Made by a program: the position numbers and the translations under genes. From an uncultured delta proteobacterium (GTDB lineage: Bacteria; Desulfobacterota; RBG-13-43-22), in contig CAWBOS010000015.1 of assembly GCA_963790475.1 (NCBI GenBank), positions 578,369 to 642,368 of the forward strand: a DNA stretch of 64,000 nucleotides. Direction: 5' to 3'. The notes under the pieces are model-generated. The model saw nothing but the letters and a program-made list of their open reading frames with translations. It was not told the DNA's origin and did not search any database. Position 1 is the first letter of the stretch. The number at the start of each line of letters is the position of its first letter. Shown here piece by piece: positions 18,421 through 28,309 of the stretch.

Positions 18421-18470
18421 GGGCTCCCCGTTCCCCCGATCAGGTTGAGGACAAGTTTCAAGGAGATGAC
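18421..18470 (-). repeat. Degenerate REP-like element
   Basis: Reverse strand gtcatctccttgaaacttgtcctcaacctgatcgggggaacggggagccc, related to 16890-16938. Confidence 0.45.
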
Positions 18471-18617
18471 GAAAATGGGTTTCGGAGATTTGTTTAAGAT
18501 AAAAACAGGCTTTGAATGTTAGGTTGGACACTGAAAGAAATTCCCTTTAAATTCCGCGAAAGAAGCAATGCGTTATGAGCCATGCATTTATAGCCTCTTT
18601 TCGCAATAAGTACATCA

Positions 18618-19022
18618 TTATGGTTTATAGACTTGAATACTGATATAGGCAAAGGCCCCCTGATAGGAAGCAGTGATTTGATCAACCACTGTTGTGGGTT
18701 GTGTTGCGGCTGCCGGGGCCGTATAAGTGACAGAACAGACCCCGAGGTTAATCGTATTATTTGTACTAAATGTCGCCCCCTGGGTGGAGGTAAAGGTAAC
18801 TCCCCGGAGTGAATCATTGACCGGATTTCCCTGGGCATCTTTTACCGAGGCGATCAGCGTGGCTTGCCCTCCCTGGGGGAGGATACTGTTGGTGGTCCTG
18901 AGATCTATGGTATAACCGCTGCCCGAGCCGAAGCCGCTGTTAGTGGTTGTATTGGATGAACAGCTGACGATCCCCAGAACACAAAACATCAGACAACAAA
19001 GAAAAATTTTGGTATAGGTCAT
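18618..19022 (-). CDS. Lipoprotein with Ig-like (Big_1-type) domain
   Basis: Lipobox IVSC, VKDAQGNPVN..VTF motif, ITASY. Confidence 0.7.
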   Translation of the reverse strand: MTYTKIFLCCLMFCVLGIVSCSSNTTTNSGFGSGSGYTIDLRTTNSILPQGGQATLIASVKDAQGNPVNDSLRGVTFTSTQGATFSTNNTINLGVCSVTYTAPAAATQPTTVVDQITASYQGAFAYISIQVYKP

Positions 19023-19071
19023 TCCCCGCTCCTTAGCTTAAAAAAGAAGGATTCTACTATGATTCTATAAT

Positions 19072-19213
19072 GAGAGCTTTGAAAAACGTTCCCTTTTGCC
19101 CAATCTCTGTGTCAGGCTCAAATTTCAATCCTCGAAATATTCTATATATTCCTGCGGTTGAAATTTTCGCCTTCCTTGATCTCGACCAAAATTAAACATT
19201 TTTCAAGGCTCTC
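19072..19213. mobile_element. MITE-like element, family B (15-bp TIR GAGAGCYTTGAAAAA), flanked by ATAAT direct repeats
   Basis: gagagctttgaaaaa...tttttcaaggctctc; ATAAT at 19067-19071 and 19214-19218; second copy at 33926-34065. Confidence 0.78.
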
Positions 19214-19381
19214 ATAATGTGGGGGGCAAGGGTTTCAAAGATAATATTTCCCTTTCTATTCGGTCAGCTCATCCTCTCCCCGAAGCCCTTTAACTTCTTT
19301 TATCAATCTATTTCAACTTTTTGTCAAGTTAATTTAAAGACATAAGATTGAAAAAAATTGAATTTCCAGCAAAAAAAACGC

Positions 19382-19410
19382 TTGACATCGAAAATCCAAC
19401 CTGTTATGAA
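19382..19410 (+). promoter_or_regulatory. Sigma70-type promoter upstream of the porin gene
   Basis: TTGACA-17 bp-TATGAA with an A-rich upstream tract. Confidence 0.5.
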
Positions 19411-19549
19411 AAAAGGAATCTGTTATAAAAAGAAAACGAAAAGGGGGTGGTCTGCATATTTTTAAGTGAATAAAGCAAGTTAAGAGATTTTGTTTTCTTG
19501 AATTATGAAGCTATTTTTTAAACTGCACCCACAACAAGGAGAAAAAGAG

Positions 19550-20791
19550 ATGATGAAAAAATTAGGCATGTTTGCTTTTGTTATGGCCCTGGCAGTCGCC
19601 TTTTCCCTGCCGGCCTACGCTGGCACCATTGCCGGTGAAAAAGAATTTTCCGTAACTATAGGCGGTTTGTTTACCCTTGATGCGAACTACAAAATCACGG
19701 ACAAAAATTTCAATACCTTTATCAATGTTCCGACCGGCGGGGGGAAGGATAAAACCCAGTTCATCATGGATGTCCCCTTTTGGAGCTACCTGTATATACT
19801 GGTTAGGCAGGGGGGTTTCTCCGGCTATGCGGATATTGCTACCCAGATAACCCGTGAGTCTTCTAATCTCCAGGTTCCCACCACCAGCTTCCAAAACGAT
19901 GCCGACTTCATCTTAAACGGTCGATGGTACGGGAATTATCAATTCGGAGATATGTCAATAAGGGCAGGAAAGGATAATGGTTGGTTTGACTCCGATGCTT
20001 ATGGGGTCGCTCCGTCATCGGCCCTTGGTTATTCTACGGCCAACACTACCCACGTAGCCTTGATCGGCTGGGGCTGGGCGTATGACGGCAAGAACGCCAA
20101 TCTCAGGTTCCTCCACAACGTCACCAAGACCTTCGGCTACCAAATCGCCCTGGTTGATACCGGCACCTATGCTGAAACTGTCGGCGCGGCAACCAGGCTG
20201 TCCTATGCTCAATATCCGGGCATTGCCGCCAAGATCCTGTTGAACTTCGGTCCGGTGGCCCTTTATCCGGCCGCTGTCTACCAGCAGGTTAAATGGGATG
20301 CATTGACACCTGGGATGCAAGACAATATGACCGCCTGGGCGGGGACATTACCGGTAAGGGTCGCCGTTGGTCCTTTCGTGGCCGCAGCGCAGGTAACTTA
20401 TGGAAAGAACGTAGGTGGTGTGACCTCTGGAAACGTCCTGCTGCGAGGGGAAAATTCCAATACCGGTTATCTAAGGGATGCCGCCGGCAACATCCAAGAT
20501 ACCTCCGATTGGTCTGGCTTTATTGATCTGTCCTATGCCTTTGGTCCGGCGAAACCGCATATCTTTTTCGGTATGGACTATGCCCAAAATGACCACTGGA
20601 AGAATATTTTTAATGCCAACGATTACTATCAAAGGACGTCGTACGGGATCAATCTCTATTACACGATAGGCAACTTTCAAATTATTCCTGAAGTTGCCTT
20701 TTATGATTATGGAAACCTAGCTGGGGTACCAGGCAAACCAGCTTTAGGCACAGAGTGGTTGGCTGGCGTTCATTTCCGCTTCGCCTTTTAA
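19550..20791 (+). CDS. Outer-membrane beta-barrel protein (porin-like)
   Basis: Signal peptide ending PAYA, aromatic-rich alternating strands, C-terminal Phe, AAGGAG RBS. Confidence 0.75.
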   Translation: MMKKLGMFAFVMALAVAFSLPAYAGTIAGEKEFSVTIGGLFTLDANYKITDKNFNTFINVPTGGGKDKTQFIMDVPFWSYLYILVRQGGFSGYADIATQITRESSNLQVPTTSFQNDADFILNGRWYGNYQFGDMSIRAGKDNGWFDSDAYGVAPSSALGYSTANTTHVALIGWGWAYDGKNANLRFLHNVTKTFGYQIALVDTGTYAETVGAATRLSYAQYPGIAAKILLNFGPVALYPAAVYQQVKWDALTPGMQDNMTAWAGTLPVRVAVGPFVAAAQVTYGKNVGGVTSGNVLLRGENSNTGYLRDAAGNIQDTSDWSGFIDLSYAFGPAKPHIFFGMDYAQNDHWKNIFNANDYYQRTSYGINLYYTIGNFQIIPEVAFYDYGNLAGVPGKPALGTEWLAGVHFRFAF

Positions 20792-20812
20792 TCTATCCTA
20801 AAGAAATAACCG

Positions 20813-20848
20813 AAAACCCCGGACGATTTTCTCTCCGGGGTTTTTTTT
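20813..20848 (+). terminator. Rho-independent terminator
   Basis: AAAACCCCGGA...TCCGGGG followed by T8. Confidence 0.85.
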
Positions 20849-21064
20849 GATCAAATTTTTGTAGAGACCGCCCGTGATGAATCGGTCCGCTTAATCAACT
20901 TTACTGAAATCACGCTATTTTCCCCCTTAACCAGTTGACAGTAGAACGAAAAACTGGTAAAAAATACGAAAACAATAAGCAGGTCATCAAGAGAAGAAGA
21001 ATACAAAAAAACGGAATCGAAGCTGGAAGGTGGCTTTGAAGAAATTGTATCGGGGGAAACAATA

Positions 21065-22645
21065 ATGAAAATATTGGTCAGTGATAATTTGTCGGAAACA
21101 GGGGTGGAAATTTTTAAAAAGGCCGAGGGCATCCAGGTGGACGTCAAAACCGGCCTGACCCCGGATGAATTGAAGTCCATCATCAAAGACTATGACGGGT
21201 TGGTTATTCGCAGTGCCACCAAGGTTACGGCTGACGTTATAAGTGCGGCCGACAACCTCAAAGTGGTAGGGAGGGCCGGCATCGGGCTCGATAATGTGGA
21301 CATCCCGGCCGCTTCCCAACGGGGCATCGTGGTGATGAACACCCCGGAAGGCAATACGATAACTACGGCCGAACATACCATTTCTCTGCTTCTGTCCCTG
21401 GCCCGAAATATTCCCCAGGCCACGGCCTCCTTAAAAGATCAAAAATGGGAAAAGAAAAAATTTCAGGGCAAGGAGATTTATAACAAGACCCTGGGGATCA
21501 TCGGCCTGGGAAAAATCGGCAGTATCGTCGCCGACAGGGCCAAGGGCTTGAAAATGCAGGTTATCACCTATGATCCCTTTATTCAGCCGGAAATTCTTTT
21601 GAAACAGGGGATTGAACCGGTTTCTCTGGAAGAACTCTACCAGCGGGCGGACTTCATCACCATTCATACTCCAAAGACGAAAGATACTTCAGACCTGATC
21701 AATGACCAGGCTATTTCCAGGATGAAGGACGGGGTAATGATCGTCAATTGCTCCCGAGGCGGGATTATTGATGAAAAGGCCCTCTTCGAGGGATTAAAGA
21801 GCGGCAAGGTCGCGGGAGCGGCCTTGGATGTCTTTGAGACCGAACCCCCCGGAGCAAGTCCTTTGCTTGCTCTGGACAACTTTATCTGTACCCCCCACCT
21901 GGGGGCCTCAACCGCTGAGGCCCAGGAAAATGTGGCTGTGGCCGTGGCCGAACAGATGGTCGATTACCTCCAACATGGGGTTATTAAAAATGCCGTCAAC
22001 GTCCCCTCGGTCAGCGCCAACCTCCTGGAACGGGTCAGACCCTATCTGGTGTTGGCGGAACGATTGGGGGCTTTCCAGTCTCAGATCCTTGAGGGCGGAA
22101 TGACCGAGGTGTCAATAGAATATCTGGGAGATGTGGCCGGGTTCGACACCAAGCCGATGACAGTCTCAGTGCTTAAAGGACTCTTGACCCCGAGCATGAA
22201 GGACGTCGTCAATTTCGTCAATGCCCCTATTCTGGCCAAAGATCGGGGAATACGGGTGATCGAATCGAAAACCGATACGGTAGATGATTTTTTAAATCTG
22301 ATTACCTTGCGGGTAAAGACCCAGGGGATGGAGAGTTCCATCTCCGGGACCCTTTTCGGCAAATATGAACCCCGAATTGTTCGCCTGAACAAATTTCGTC
22401 TGGAGGCCATTCCCGAGGGACATATGCTCTTGATCTATAATGAAGACAAACCCGGGGTGATCGGGACGATCGGAATGACCCTGGGAAAACATCGGATCAA
22501 TATTGAACGGATGCAGGTGGGTCAGGAAAAAGATAAGGGAGGCAATGTTATCCTGTTAACTACGGATCGGGCCGTTTCAGAAGCGGCACTCAAGGAACTG
22601 ACTTCCCTGCCCTCGGTGACCCAGGCCTGGCCTCTGGAATTGTAA
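21065..22645 (+). CDS. serA: D-3-phosphoglycerate dehydrogenase (long form with ASB and ACT domains)
   Basis: GRAGIGLDNVD, GLGKIG, TPHLGAST, C-terminal NEDKPGVIG. Confidence 0.95.
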   Translation: MKILVSDNLSETGVEIFKKAEGIQVDVKTGLTPDELKSIIKDYDGLVIRSATKVTADVISAADNLKVVGRAGIGLDNVDIPAASQRGIVVMNTPEGNTITTAEHTISLLLSLARNIPQATASLKDQKWEKKKFQGKEIYNKTLGIIGLGKIGSIVADRAKGLKMQVITYDPFIQPEILLKQGIEPVSLEELYQRADFITIHTPKTKDTSDLINDQAISRMKDGVMIVNCSRGGIIDEKALFEGLKSGKVAGAALDVFETEPPGASPLLALDNFICTPHLGASTAEAQENVAVAVAEQMVDYLQHGVIKNAVNVPSVSANLLERVRPYLVLAERLGAFQSQILEGGMTEVSIEYLGDVAGFDTKPMTVSVLKGLLTPSMKDVVNFVNAPILAKDRGIRVIESKTDTVDDFLNLITLRVKTQGMESSISGTLFGKYEPRIVRLNKFRLEAIPEGHMLLIYNEDKPGVIGTIGMTLGKHRINIERMQVGQEKDKGGNVILLTTDRAVSEAALKELTSLPSVTQAWPLEL

Positions 22646-22724
22646 TGGAAAAGAGGTCGGGAGACGAGGAATGCAGTAACTACCATAAACCCGATAGTAT
22701 CGAAGAATTGTGTTCCATAAGCTT

Positions 22725-22859
22725 TGATGAATTTGATAAAAGTCGTCTCCCCGGCGAAAGCCGGGGTCCAGGAGATAAACAATTCATCGAAAAGACTGGA
22801 TTCCGGCTTTCGCCGGAATGACTTATTGCGGGGTTAGGCGATTCTTTAGAGTTTCACCA
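22725..22859. mobile_element. MITE-like element, family A
   Basis: gtctccccggcgaaagccggggtccag...ctggattccggctttcgccggaatgac within degenerate TIRs. Confidence 0.7.
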
Positions 22860-22866
22860 AGTTTGG

Positions 22867-22894
22867 AAAAAAAGGGCGGATTATAAATCCGCCC
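22867..22894 (-). terminator. Rho-independent terminator after the HesB-like gene
   Basis: GGGCGGATT-3-AATCCGCCC hairpin with T7 on the minus strand. Confidence 0.8.
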
Positions 22895-22920
22895 CTCACA
22901 GAATATTTGTCGAATTTCAA

Positions 22921-23238
22921 TTAACAACTGCAGGAAGTCCCGCAAGAACCCCCGCCTAAATTCAATGCGGAAGACACCGAAAAGCCAGACCGTCCGTTAT
23001 AATCGACGAAATCCACCTTCACTTCTTTAGCCTGTTCGGATAACGCTTTATCGATCAGATAAGTAATTCCATTGATATCAAATACGTTATCGGACTCTTT
23101 TGACTCATCCAGAGCCAAGGCCAGAGAGGGCCCTGATCACCCGCCTTGACTTAAGAAAACCCTTATGGGGGATTTGAGATTTTGTTTTTCAAAATGTTCT
23201 TTAAGTGCTGTTTGAGCTGCTTCGGTAACTGTTAACAT
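22921..23238 (-). CDS. HesB/IscA-like selenoprotein, 105 aa, Sec at codon 34 (TGA 23139-23137)
   Basis: AAAGGA RBS + ATG 23238; MLTVTEAA...PIRVFLSQGG-U-SGPSLALALDE is in frame with the 23118 ORF; C-terminal CGTSCSC. Confidence 0.88.
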
Positions 23239-23333
23239 GATGTTTCCTTTCTAAAATAAATTTATTACCCTCCGTATTTTCCCTTTGAAACCATAGCCGG
23301 TAAATTTAACTATAGGTATTTGATCTCCTTTTG

Positions 23334-24233
23334 TCAAGAAGGCCTACCGATCCTCTCCAGAACCGGTTGGAGGCTGATGCGATGGTCTCCCAGTCCGAGA
23401 TTGGCCCGGTCCAGGCCGAAGGCCAGGCCAATGAGCTGGGAAATAAAGAGAGTCGGTAATCCGAATCCGTCATGATGCTTCCTCTCCAGCATCATCTGAC
23501 CCCGGTCGAACTGGGAGAAGCAGGATGGGCAGGCCACAGCCACGGCCTCAATGTGGTGCTTTTTCATATGTTGCAGTTTTTCCCGAGTGATTTCATTGGC
23601 CGCCTGGGCATCAATATTGGTTCCCAGGGCCGAACCGCAGCAGAGGAATTTCCTGGAATATTGGGTCGGCTGGGCACCCAGCACCTCCAGGATATGATCC
23701 ATACTGACCGGCACATAACTGGCCGCTTCCGACAGCTCGTCGGGATACATGAGCCGTGGAGGCCGGTAGAGGTGACAACCGTAATGACACCCGATCCTTA
23801 TCCCGTCCAAAGGGTAGCGGACCTTCTCGGCCATGCGCTCCAAACCGACTTCTTTATAAAGGACATCCAGAAGGTGTTTAACCTCAATGGCTCCTTTGAA
23901 AACATGACCGGACCCTTCCAGGGCCTGATTGACCTGATTTCGCCTTTGGAGGTCCTCTTTCAGGATCAGGTTGACTTCTTTAAGGGTGTTGATGCAGCCG
24001 TTGCACATGGCCAGGATAGGCAGTCCGGCCTCTTCGGCCAGGCAGAGATTACGGGCCGCCAGGGCCAGCCAGGTATCGTAGTGGGCCAGCTTCATATTGG
24101 TTGGGGCCGGACAGCAGGAAAAGGGAAGGTCCACCAGTTCAATGTCCAGGGCCTTCATCACTTCCCGGGTGGCCTTTTCAAATCCCGGATATTTGACCGG
24201 GATGACACATCCTAAAAAAAATGCATATTTCAT
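23334..24233 (-). CDS. hdrB: Heterodisulfide reductase subunit B
   Basis: Two CCG domains: FLGC, FSCCP, CNGC, HYGCH, LCCG, CPSC. Confidence 0.92.
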   Translation of the reverse strand: MKYAFFLGCVIPVKYPGFEKATREVMKALDIELVDLPFSCCPAPTNMKLAHYDTWLALAARNLCLAEEAGLPILAMCNGCINTLKEVNLILKEDLQRRNQVNQALEGSGHVFKGAIEVKHLLDVLYKEVGLERMAEKVRYPLDGIRIGCHYGCHLYRPPRLMYPDELSEAASYVPVSMDHILEVLGAQPTQYSRKFLCCGSALGTNIDAQAANEITREKLQHMKKHHIEAVAVACPSCFSQFDRGQMMLERKHHDGFGLPTLFISQLIGLAFGLDRANLGLGDHRISLQPVLERIGRPS

Positions 24234-24263
24234 GAATTAAATACCAATCATCAGTATTAATAT

Positions 24264-24394
24264 TGACAAGTTCGTAAAAAGACCTCACCCCGGCGAAAGC
24301 CGGGGTCCAGGTAATTATACTAAAAAACACTGGATTCCGGCTTTCGCCGGAATGACTTATCCGAGTTTCAGGGACTTTTTTTATACGTCCCTCA
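24264..24394. mobile_element. MITE-like element, family A, between hdrC and hdrB
   Basis: tgacaagttcgtaaaaagac + ccccggcgaaagccggggtccag...ctggattccggctttcgccggaatgac. Confidence 0.7.
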
Positions 24395-24465
24395 ATCTCA
24401 TTTTTGAGTGAGAAATTCTACTTTCCTATTCTGACTTCTGACTCCTGCATTCTGAATTCCAAATT

Positions 24466-24933
24466 CTAACTCAGTTCAATTACTTCGTTCAATCCCGTTT
24501 TCTTCAAGATCCCTTCTATTTCATCGATATTCAAAGGATCAAGGGCAGGCAGAGAAAGTTTTTGCCGGTCCTTCAGGACCTTTTCATTGACGATCAGGCT
24601 GCGCCCCGTCTTGGCAATCATATCCACCCCGAATTTAATTTTTTCGGGAAGGTTGCCCCGTTGGGCCGCCAGGTTGAAAATGGCGGTCAATAATTCGGAA
24701 ATATTAATTTCCTGGGGGCAGCGGTCTTCACAGACATGACAGGTGGTGCAGTACCAGACCCGTTCGTCGTTAATGACCGCTTCCTGCCCTAAATTCAGAC
24801 AGCGAAGCAAAATTTCCCGCGGGCCATAGCATTTCATTACCATGGCCGCCGGGCAGCTTCCTGTGCAGCGAGCACACTGATAACATTCGAAAAGATCTTC
24901 TTTATTAAAAAGTTCCCAGATGCTGGTGATCAT
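24466..24933 (-). CDS. hdrC: Heterodisulfide reductase subunit C
   Basis: CYQCARCTGSCP and CTTCHVCEDRCP 2x[4Fe-4S] motifs. Confidence 0.9.
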   Translation of the reverse strand: MITSIWELFNKEDLFECYQCARCTGSCPAAMVMKCYGPREILLRCLNLGQEAVINDERVWYCTTCHVCEDRCPQEINISELLTAIFNLAAQRGNLPEKIKFGVDMIAKTGRSLIVNEKVLKDRQKLSLPALDPLNIDEIEGILKKTGLNEVIELS

Positions 24934-24946
24934 ATCTATTTATTCC

Positions 24947-25009
24947 TGACGGAGTTGCAAAAAGTCATCACTAGCCGATTTCCGTCATTCCGGCTTTCGC
25001 CGGAATGAC
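24947..25009. mobile_element. Truncated family A element (one TIR + one hairpin) between hdrA and hdrC
   Basis: tgacggagttgcaaaaagtc ... gtcattccggctttcgccggaatgac. Confidence 0.65.
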
Positions 25010-25040
25010 TCCCTTAAGATCCTCCAACCTAATTTAAAGC

Positions 25041-27494
25041 TTATTCTTTCGGTTCGGTACTCTCGCCTTTCCCCTTTTTCTTCGGCACCAGGGCCTTCCT
25101 GGCCTTTTCAATCTCCTCCGGGGTTACCGCTTTGATAATCTCATCCATTTCCTTCATCTTCCTGGCGAAGATGTTGCCTTCCGCCGCACTGATCCAGGCC
25201 AACTGGAGACGGTTTTTATCCAACCCGAGGCGTTCCATTTTTTTCCAGACTTTTTTAACCCTTTTTTCGGTCTGGTGATTGGCATTGATATAGTGGCAGT
25301 CTCCGATATGGCAACCGGAAACCAGGACAGCCGCCGCACCCCGCCGGAAGGCATATTCGATAAATTCGGTACTGATCCGGCCGGAGCACATGGTGCGGAT
25401 GATCCGTATGGGGGCCGGGTATTGCATCCGGCTGACACCGGCAAAGTCAGCCCCGGCGTAAGAACACCAGTTGCAGCAAAAGGCCACGGCCTTGGTCTCC
25501 GGGGCTTCTTCGGTGATGGCATCGATCTGGGCATAAATCTGCTGATCGGTGAAATGTCTCTGGGTAATGGCCGAAAACGGGCACTCGGCCACACAGGTTC
25601 CGCACCCGGCGCAAGAGGCCTGGGTCACCTGGGCGATCTGGGTTTCCGGGTCCTGCCGAATGGACGAGTAAGGACAGACCTTGACACACATCCCACATCC
25701 CTGACAGAGGGTTTCGTCAATGACAGCGGTAATGGCCTCCACGTTGACCTTTCCCTGAGCCATCAGGATATTGGCCCGGGAAGCGGCGGCACTGGCTTGG
25801 GTTACCGAATCTTTGATGTCCTTCGGACCTTCGGCACAGCCGGCCAGAAAGATCCCGCCGGTGGGGGTGTCGACCGGGCGGAGTTTGGGATGAGCCTCCA
25901 GGAAAAAACCATCTGAGGCACAAGAGAGGTTCAGGAGACGCTGGATGGCCGGACTGTCCTTCCTGGGTTCGATCCCCACGGAAAGGATGGCCATATCGAC
26001 TTCATAGCGATAGAGTTGGGAAAGGAGGGAGTCTTCACCGATCAAGGTCAGATTGTTGGTCTCCGGGTCTTCGATGATCTCTCCCGGGACCCCCCGGATA
26101 AAGGAGACCCCTTCCCGTCTGGCCCGCTGGAACAGGTCTTCAAAGCCTTTTCCAAAGGCCCGGATATCGATATAAAACACCAGAATTTTGGTCTCCGGCC
26201 AGTGTTCCTTGATCAGCAGGGCATCTTTAATGGTATTCATACAGCAGATGTTGCTGCAGTATATATTGGAGCGTTTGGAACGGGACCCGATACATTGGAG
26301 AAAGGCCACGGTTTTGGGGATCTGCTGATCCGACGGCCGGATCAGATTTCCGCCTGAAGGTCCGCCGGCATTGATCAGGCGTTCGAATTCCAGGCTGGTA
26401 ATGACATTGGGAAACTTGCGGTATCCGAATTCGGTCAAGGGCGTCGGGTCATAGACATCCACCCCGGTAGCCACAATAATGGTCCCGACATCCAGGGTCA
26501 GAATTTGATCGTTCTGGGAATAATCCACACATTGTCGTTGACAGGCCTGAAAACATTTATCGCAGGCCACAATGCCCTGTTTATTTAAACATAGATCCAT
26601 GTCAATCTGGTAAGTGGAAGGGACAGCCTGGGCAAAGGACATATAGATAGCCCGGCGCATGGAAAGTCCGGCATTGAATTCATCAGGGGCCACTTGCGGG
26701 CAGACCTTGGCGCAATCGCCGCAGGCGGTACAAGAATCGGTGACAAAGCGGGCCTTCTTGCGGACCTGGACGGTAAAATTGCCCACATATCCTTCAACCT
26801 TCTCGATCTCGCTCATGGTCAACAATTCAATATTGGGATGCCGCCCGGCCTCGGACATCTTGGGGGCCAGGATGCAGATGGAGCAGTCCATGGTCGGGAA
26901 GGTCTTATCGATCTGGGCCATTCGTCCGCCTATACTGGGGTCTTTTTCAACCAGATAAACCTTGTAGCCGCTGTCCGCCAGATCCAGAGCGGCCTGAATG
27001 CCGGCCACCCCGCCGCCGACGACCAGGGCCTTTCGAGTGACCGGGACTTCGAAGATTTCCTGGGCGGCCAGATATCGGGATCGGGCCACAGCCATTCGGA
27101 CCAGGTCCTGCGCTTTTTCGGTGGCAGCGGCTTTGTCGTGAAGATGGACCCAGGAACAGTGTTCCCGGATATTGGCCATCTCAAAGAGATAGGGGTTTAA
27201 CCCGGCATCCTGACAGGCGGCACGGAAGGTCGGCTCATGCAGGCGGGGGGTGCAGGAGGCCACCACCACCCGGTTCAACCGCTGTTCTTTAATATCGGCT
27301 TTGATCAGTTCCTGCCCCGGTTCGGAACAGGTATAAAGATTATGTTTGGACAGGACCACCCCGGGAAGGCCGGCGGCAAACTCGGCCACTTGGGCACAAT
27401 CCACCACACCGCCGATATTCAATCCGCAATGACAGACATAGACCCCGATCCGGGGTTCTTCTTTTTCTTTTCGTTGTACTTTTTTGGGGGTCAA
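25041..27494 (-). CDS. hdrA: Heterodisulfide reductase subunit A with C-terminally fused MvhD domain
   Basis: GVYVCHCG, GGGVAG FAD motif, DKTFPTMDCSIC, QCIGSR..CSNICC, ferredoxin motifs; C-terminal FCCNWCSYAGAD..MCSGR..GCHIGDCHY is MvhD. Confidence 0.93.
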   Translation of the reverse strand: MTPKKVQRKEKEEPRIGVYVCHCGLNIGGVVDCAQVAEFAAGLPGVVLSKHNLYTCSEPGQELIKADIKEQRLNRVVVASCTPRLHEPTFRAACQDAGLNPYLFEMANIREHCSWVHLHDKAAATEKAQDLVRMAVARSRYLAAQEIFEVPVTRKALVVGGGVAGIQAALDLADSGYKVYLVEKDPSIGGRMAQIDKTFPTMDCSICILAPKMSEAGRHPNIELLTMSEIEKVEGYVGNFTVQVRKKARFVTDSCTACGDCAKVCPQVAPDEFNAGLSMRRAIYMSFAQAVPSTYQIDMDLCLNKQGIVACDKCFQACQRQCVDYSQNDQILTLDVGTIIVATGVDVYDPTPLTEFGYRKFPNVITSLEFERLINAGGPSGGNLIRPSDQQIPKTVAFLQCIGSRSKRSNIYCSNICCMNTIKDALLIKEHWPETKILVFYIDIRAFGKGFEDLFQRARREGVSFIRGVPGEIIEDPETNNLTLIGEDSLLSQLYRYEVDMAILSVGIEPRKDSPAIQRLLNLSCASDGFFLEAHPKLRPVDTPTGGIFLAGCAEGPKDIKDSVTQASAAASRANILMAQGKVNVEAITAVIDETLCQGCGMCVKVCPYSSIRQDPETQIAQVTQASCAGCGTCVAECPFSAITQRHFTDQQIYAQIDAITEEAPETKAVAFCCNWCSYAGADFAGVSRMQYPAPIRIIRTMCSGRISTEFIEYAFRRGAAAVLVSGCHIGDCHYINANHQTEKRVKKVWKKMERLGLDKNRLQLAWISAAEGNIFARKMKEMDEIIKAVTPEEIEKARKALVPKKKGKGESTEPKE

Positions 27495-27522
27495 CCCATT
27501 ACTCCTTTTTTACAAACAGTAT

Positions 27523-27613
27523 TGAGGAGTCAGAATTAAGAATCAAGAATAAAAACAACCCGAGATTCTAATCTCCTGACTTCTGTCTCCTGACTACTGG
27601 CTCCTGACTTCTG
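27523..27613. repeat. Inverted heptamer arms (GGAGTCA / CTCCTGA-type), overlapping the korC stop
   Basis: gaggagtcagaattaagaatcaagaat ... ctcctgacttctgtctcctgactactggctcctgacttctg. Confidence 0.7.
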
Positions 27614-28157
27614 TTTGTTTCCCGTACTCAAAGCCCTTTTCAAAAGCTTTGAGATTCAACTCTTCGGTCCCGCTGGGGATGGAATCAAAAAGGGCCTTTT
27701 TCATGGCCTCATACCCAACCACTTCGGTAACCGCGGTAATAAACCCGAGCATGACGATATTGGCGACGATCTTTCGGCCCAGCTTTTCCGCCAGCCGGGT
27801 GGCCGGTATTTTAAAAAGGAGGCACCCTTTTGGAACAGTATCCATCTGTACCAGGTCCTCATCAATCAGGACCATGGCCTGATCGGACATTTGCCGGCCA
27901 TAGGTGCTTTTGGCCTCTTCGGACATCAGGACCAGGATTTTAGGCAGGGAAACCCGGGGATAATAAATGGCCCTGCCGGAAATAATCACATCGGCACTGC
28001 AAGCCCCGCCGCGGGCCTCAGGCCCGTAGCTTTGGGTGAAAACGGCTTGAAGCTGTTCATAAAGGGAAGCTGCCTTGCCCAGAATATTTCCGGCCAGGAT
28101 GATTCCCTGGCCCCCGAACCCGGCCAGTCTGATCTCGGTTTTTTCGTTTGTGCTCAT
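27594..28157 (-). CDS. korC: 2-oxoacid:ferredoxin oxidoreductase gamma subunit
   Basis: AGFGGQG, QSYGPEARGG, ANIVMLG. Confidence 0.88.
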   Translation of the reverse strand: MSTNEKTEIRLAGFGGQGIILAGNILGKAASLYEQLQAVFTQSYGPEARGGACSADVIISGRAIYYPRVSLPKILVLMSEEAKSTYGRQMSDQAMVLIDEDLVQMDTVPKGCLLFKIPATRLAEKLGRKIVANIVMLGFITAVTEVVGYEAMKKALFDSIPSGTEELNLKAFEKGFEYGKQTEVRSQ

Positions 28158-28217
28158 CTGATATTTACTTGTCTTTAGGGTAAAAGCCTAAAATTAACTT
28201 ATCAGTCTTTCGGGGGT

Positions 28218-28309
28218 CAGGCCGAAGGCTGTTAGACTGAAGGCTGAAGGTCTAATGAATTAAACTCATTTTTTTACCTTCAGTCTTCAGCCTAATCGTC
28301 TTCAGTCTG
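28218..28309. repeat. Inverted heptamer arms (GGCTGAA / TTCAGTC)
   Basis: agactgaaggctgaagg (28234-28250) versus ccttcagtcttcagcct (28277-28293). Confidence 0.72.
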
